Shown here piece by piece: positions 60,255 through 64,000 of a DNA stretch of 64,000 bases. The stretch is taken from assembly GCA_039934955.1 (NCBI GenBank), contig JBDTLB010000083.1, forward strand, positions 23,492-87,491, read 5' to 3'. Position numbers and translations under genes: made by a program. This DNA comes from Devosia sp. (lineage in GTDB: Bacteria; Pseudomonadota; Alphaproteobacteria; Rhizobiales; Devosiaceae). Within the stretch, counting starts at the first letter, position 1. The number at the start of each line of letters is the position of its first letter. Under the pieces are notes generated by a model. That model was not told the origin of the DNA. It made no database searches and was given only the letters and a program-made list of their open reading frames with translations.

Positions 60255-60391
60255 TATAGTCTCCTCCCAAAATTGCGCCCGGATCGCGGGCGCGAACAAA
60301 TCCGGCACGCACCACGCGGCCGAGTCCTCCTCGTTGGACGCGGCGTTGATCCCCGCACTTCCCCAATCAAACTAGCGGCGGTGTCCCTGAG

Positions 60392-60407
60392 ATGAAAGCG
60401 CTATCAT
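60392..60407. promoter_or_regulatory. LacI-family operator-like palindrome
   Basis: ATGAAAGC|GCTATCAT (7/8 symmetric, central CG) upstream of the binding-protein gene. Confidence 0.6.
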
Positions 60408-60587
60408 TCCTCCCCGCAAAAAAATTCCAGTCATAGGCAGACCATTGGGACAACGACCCTCGATTAGCCCGTCGGGCGACCCGGTCTAATATCCTGTCCC
60501 TCCGGTATCCTCGGGTGACCTGCGGGCAGCCCGAATGATGCGACCAGACGATGGGAGCCCCGTTCGACTGGCGCGGCGACCGATGCC

Positions 60588-60627
60588 AAAAAGAAAGGCG
60601 CTCGACCCTTGCGGGGAGCGCCTTTCT
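60588..60627 (-). terminator. Terminator downstream of the PDZ/S1C gene
   Basis: AGAAAGGCGCTC...GAGCGCCTTTCT 12-bp stem with a T-tract on the minus strand. Confidence 0.75.
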
Positions 60628-60726
60628 CATGGTCCGGGGCCAGTTCGCTGAGGGCAAGCGCCCCAACCCAACCATTGACCGATAGATGTGCATCGGCCGC
60701 CGGCATTTCAAGCCCGCGACCGGCCG

Positions 60727-61632
60727 CTATTGCAGCTGCGGCTTCTTCAAAAAACTGTCGCGATCAGCCGACTTTACCCGCAACCAGCTTTCACGCCCGT
60801 CGCGCACGATCCGCATCGGCACCTCGGCGCCCGCCGGCCCGGTCTCCCAAAGCTTCCGGTAGAAATCGGCAAGGTTTTCCACCTCACCATCGCGAACGTC
60901 CGAAATGATATCGCCGCGCTGCAGGCCCGCCTTCTCGGCCGGCCCGCCATCGGCGACGCTCATCACCACCACATCACCGTCATTGTCGGCCGAGAACACG
61001 CCGAGCCATGGACGCGGCGGCCGGTTGGGCTGGCCGCGCGCCAGCATGTCGTCGAGGATCGGCGTCAGCAGATTGATCGGCACCGCCATGTTGATGTCGG
61101 CCATCTTGCCGCTCTGCATCATCTGCAGCCGGAGAGAGCCGATGCCGAGCAGCTTGCCGTCCGGCCCGATTAGCCCCGCCCCACCCCAGGATGGATGCGC
61201 CGGCGCGATGAAGATCGCCTCGTCCAGCAGATATTCCCAATAGCCGGCGAACTCCTGCTTGCCGACAATCGCGGCATCGACGGATCGCCCGGTCCCGTCG
61301 GCGAACACCACGCGGTCGCCGAGTTGCGCCCTACTCGAATCGCCAAGCGGAATCGCCGGCAGATCGAGCGCGCCGAGCGCCTGCACCAGGCCGAAACCGG
61401 TCTGCTGGTCATAGGCCAGCGCATGGGCCGCCAGAACCCGCCCCTCCTGCGTCGTCAGCCACACTTCCTCGGCCTCGGTGATGAGATAGCCGATGGTCAG
61501 CACCAGCCCCTTGTCGCCGATCACCACGCCACTGCCCTCGCGCACCGTCCCAAGTCCCGAAGCGGTAAAGGCGTCGTCGGGGATTGTGGCGCGCACGGCC
61601 ACAATCGAGTGCAGAATGGAGGAAAGGTCCAT
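60727..61632 (-). CDS. Trypsin-like (S1C) plus PDZ protein with degenerate catalytic motifs
   Basis: GSGVVI, LTIGYLI, PSWGGAGLI and the PDZ motifs WLGV and GPAEKAGL; no signal peptide. Confidence 0.8.
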   Translation of the reverse strand: MDLSSILHSIVAVRATIPDDAFTASGLGTVREGSGVVIGDKGLVLTIGYLITEAEEVWLTTQEGRVLAAHALAYDQQTGFGLVQALGALDLPAIPLGDSSRAQLGDRVVFADGTGRSVDAAIVGKQEFAGYWEYLLDEAIFIAPAHPSWGGAGLIGPDGKLLGIGSLRLQMMQSGKMADINMAVPINLLTPILDDMLARGQPNRPPRPWLGVFSADNDGDVVVMSVADGGPAEKAGLQRGDIISDVRDGEVENLADFYRKLWETGPAGAEVPMRIVRDGRESWLRVKSADRDSFLKKPQLQ

Positions 61633-61773
61633 GATGTCATGTCCTCGAAAAGCGGCGGCGCCGACCAGTCCGGCGCACCTCGTGCCAAAACTAGGAGCGC
61701 AGGCGACGAGCGGCAACCCCCTCGCGCAAGACGTGTTCTTGAAACCGCACCCGCCGCGGTCCACACTCACCCC

Positions 61774-62823
61774 ATGCGCATCGACTGCGATATCCACCCG
61801 GCCGTCCCCAACGCCGCCGTACTGTTCCCCCACATGGCCGATCACTGGCGCGAAATGAGCGTCGTGCGCGGCATCGAGGACCTGCTCTCGATCAACTACC
61901 CCGACAACACCCCGCTCACCACCCGCGCTGACTGGCGACCGGCAAAGGGCCGCGCCGCCACCACCGCGGCGCTCGTCGCGCAACAATGCCTCGACCCCTT
62001 CGGCACCGACATCGCCATCTGCAATTGCCTCTACGGCATCCAGACCCTCTACAGCGACGATCTCGCCGCCGCCTACGCTTCGGCCCTCAACGACTGGGTC
62101 CGCGCCGAATTCCTCGACCGCGACCCACGTCTTCGCGCCTCGATCGTCATCTCGCTTGAAAACATCGAGTTCGCCGTCGCCGAAATCGAGCGCTGCGCCA
62201 CCGACCGGCGCTTTGTCCAGATTCTCGTTCTAGCCGGCACGGCTCGCCCGCTCGGCCGCCGCAATTTCTGGCCGATCTATGAGGCTGCGGTGACGCACGG
62301 ACTGCCGCTCGGTATCCATGCCGGCAGCGAATTGCGCAACCCGCCCACCGCGCTCGGCTGGCCCAGCTACTACCTGGAAGACTACGTCGCCAACGCCCAA
62401 GCCTTCCAGGTGCAACTGACGAGTCTCTTCACCGAGGGCGTCTTCAACAAATTCCCCACCCTCAAGATCGTCATGCTCGAATCCGGCTGGACCTGGCTGC
62501 CTGCCCTTCTCTGGCGCATGACCAAATACTGGTACGGCCTGCGCATGGAAATCCCGTGGGCCGATCGCTCGCCTACTGAGGTCGTCCGCGATCAGTTTCG
62601 CTTTTCGCTGCAGCCTGTCGATGGCCCCGCCGATCCCGACCAGATGCGCCGCCTGTTCGATCATCTCGGCAGCGACGATCTGTTGTTATTCTCGACCGAC
62701 TACCCGCATGCCCAGTTCGACGGAACAGAGGTCTTCACGGCCGGCTTCGATCAGCCGCTCCGCGACAAGATCAGCGGCGCCAATCCGCTCGCGACCTACA
62801 CCCGCCTCGGGGCCGCGCCATGA
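61774..62823 (+). CDS. Amidohydrolase-2 fold protein 1
   Basis: DCDIHP, LGIHAG, MLESG and FSTDYPH motifs. Confidence 0.88.
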   Translation: MRIDCDIHPAVPNAAVLFPHMADHWREMSVVRGIEDLLSINYPDNTPLTTRADWRPAKGRAATTAALVAQQCLDPFGTDIAICNCLYGIQTLYSDDLAAAYASALNDWVRAEFLDRDPRLRASIVISLENIEFAVAEIERCATDRRFVQILVLAGTARPLGRRNFWPIYEAAVTHGLPLGIHAGSELRNPPTALGWPSYYLEDYVANAQAFQVQLTSLFTEGVFNKFPTLKIVMLESGWTWLPALLWRMTKYWYGLRMEIPWADRSPTEVVRDQFRFSLQPVDGPADPDQMRRLFDHLGSDDLLLFSTDYPHAQFDGTEVFTAGFDQPLRDKISGANPLATYTRLGAAP

Positions 62824-63890
62824 TCGAAAAACTCACCGGCATCGCCGATTGCGATATCCACCCTGCGGTCAAATCTATGGCGGACCTCGAGCCTTGGCTT
62901 TCCAAGCAGTGGATCGAGCATTTCCGCAGCTACGGTGCGCTGCGCAACCAGCATTATGCGTCCGGCGCCGGCTATCACAAAAGCCAGCCCAACGCCTCGC
63001 GCCGCGATGCCTACCCGCCCGATGGCGGCCCGCAGGGCTCGAGCCTCGATTTCATGCGCACCCAGCATCTCGACGCCAACGGTATCGGTTTCGGCATCCT
63101 CAATCCGCTGGTCTCGAGTCAGGGCGTGCGCAACCTCGATCACTCGGCCGCGCTCTGCCGCGCCATCAATCACTGGCAGGTCGAAGAATGGGTCGCCAAC
63201 GAGCCGCGCCTCCGCGCCTCGATCGTCGTGCCCTATGAGGACTCGGAGGCCTCGGCAGCCGAAATCCGCCACTGGGCCGGTAACCCGTTCTTTGCCCAGG
63301 TGCTGCTGCTCTCGCGCACCTCGTTCCCGACCGGCAACAAGCGCTATTGGCCAATCTACGAGGCCGCCGCCGAGAACGGCCTGCCGGTCGGCATCCACGC
63401 CTTCGGCAATTCCGGCTGGCCTGTCAGTAGCGCCGGCTGGCCGAGCTTTTACATGGACGAGATGGTCGGCCACGCGCAGACCAGCCAGTCGGGCCTCGTC
63501 AGCCTCGTCGTCGAAGGCGTCTTCGAGCGCTGGCCGACGCTAAAGCTCGTCCTGATCGAATCCGGCTTCACCTGGGCCCCGTCGCTGATCTGGCGGCTCG
63601 ATCGCGACTGGAAAATCCTCAAGAGCGAAGTCCCGCATCTGAAGCTCTCCCCGTCCGAATACATCCGCCGCAACGTCTGGTGGACCAGCCAGCCGCTCGA
63701 CGAGCCGGACAACAAGCGCTTCATCGGCGACATCTTCGGCTGGCTCGGTTGGGACCGGCTGCTGTTCTCGTCCGACTACCCGCATTGGGATTTCGACGAC
63801 CCATCCCGCGTCATCATGTTTCCGGCGACCGACGACCAGCGCCGGCAGTTCTTCATCGGCAACGCCAACGCCGTCTACGGAGCCCGCTGA
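62820..63890 (+). CDS. Amidohydrolase-2 fold protein 2
   Basis: DCDIHP, VGIHAFG, LIESG and FSSDYPHWDFD motifs; ATGA overlap with the previous gene. Confidence 0.9.
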   Translation: MIEKLTGIADCDIHPAVKSMADLEPWLSKQWIEHFRSYGALRNQHYASGAGYHKSQPNASRRDAYPPDGGPQGSSLDFMRTQHLDANGIGFGILNPLVSSQGVRNLDHSAALCRAINHWQVEEWVANEPRLRASIVVPYEDSEASAAEIRHWAGNPFFAQVLLLSRTSFPTGNKRYWPIYEAAAENGLPVGIHAFGNSGWPVSSAGWPSFYMDEMVGHAQTSQSGLVSLVVEGVFERWPTLKLVLIESGFTWAPSLIWRLDRDWKILKSEVPHLKLSPSEYIRRNVWWTSQPLDEPDNKRFIGDIFGWLGWDRLLFSSDYPHWDFDDPSRVIMFPATDDQRRQFFIGNANAVYGAR

Positions 63891-63891
63891 C

Positions 63892-64000
63892 TTGGCGCAG
63901 CATGTCGTCGCTCCCGCCGCAGAGTTTCCGCCAGGCACACGGCGGGTGGTCGACATCGATGGCCGCGCCATCGTGGTCTTCAACATCAAGGGCGAGTATT
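63892..64000 (+). CDS. Rieske-type ferredoxin (N-terminal part; runs off the window)
   Basis: TTG start after GGAG; MAQHVVAPAAEFPPGTRRVVDIDGRAIVVFNIKGEY is a typical Rieske ferredoxin N-terminus. The CxH motif would lie outside the window. Confidence 0.7.
   Translation, partial: MAQHVVAPAAEFPPGTRRVVDIDGRAIVVFNIKGEY

Noticed and set aside
61195-61986. N-terminal extensions of the 542-aa and 419-aa ORFs in the track
   Set aside because: They would overlap each other head to head; family-typical starts are at 61774 (+) and 61632 (-).

Overview
A GC-rich alphaproteobacterial chromosome segment, Hyphomicrobiales and Devosia-like judging by gene content and synteny (inferred, not searched). It is mostly core genome: ruvCAB-ybgC-tolQRAB, yebC, rcdA, rpmE, suhB, fba/pgk/gap/tkt, zapA-6S RNA-ygfA-ymdB, trcR-like DUF1013, purEK, rpsU, pntAB, pepF, a TacA-like sigma54 activator, ldtD-like/ycbK-like peptidoglycan enzymes, dxs, ugd, gapR and pyk. 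An accessory catabolic block at 56.7-64 kb holds a fused ABC permease, a Tat-exported binding protein, a PDZ pseudo-protease and a paired amidohydrolase-fold plus Rieske module. The most notable non-coding signals are: (i) a candidate CtrA-controlled sRNA upstream of rcdA; (ii) a dispersed family of about 40-45 bp palindromic units in short tandem arrays at three loci; (iii) three other palindromic or MITE-like repeat types; (iv) several CtrA boxes, an SOS-like box and a LacI-type operator. I saw no tRNA, rRNA, CRISPR-cas, transposase or phage gene. All calls come from motif and synteny recognition by eye; no database search was run, and several start codons were re-chosen from the ORF track.
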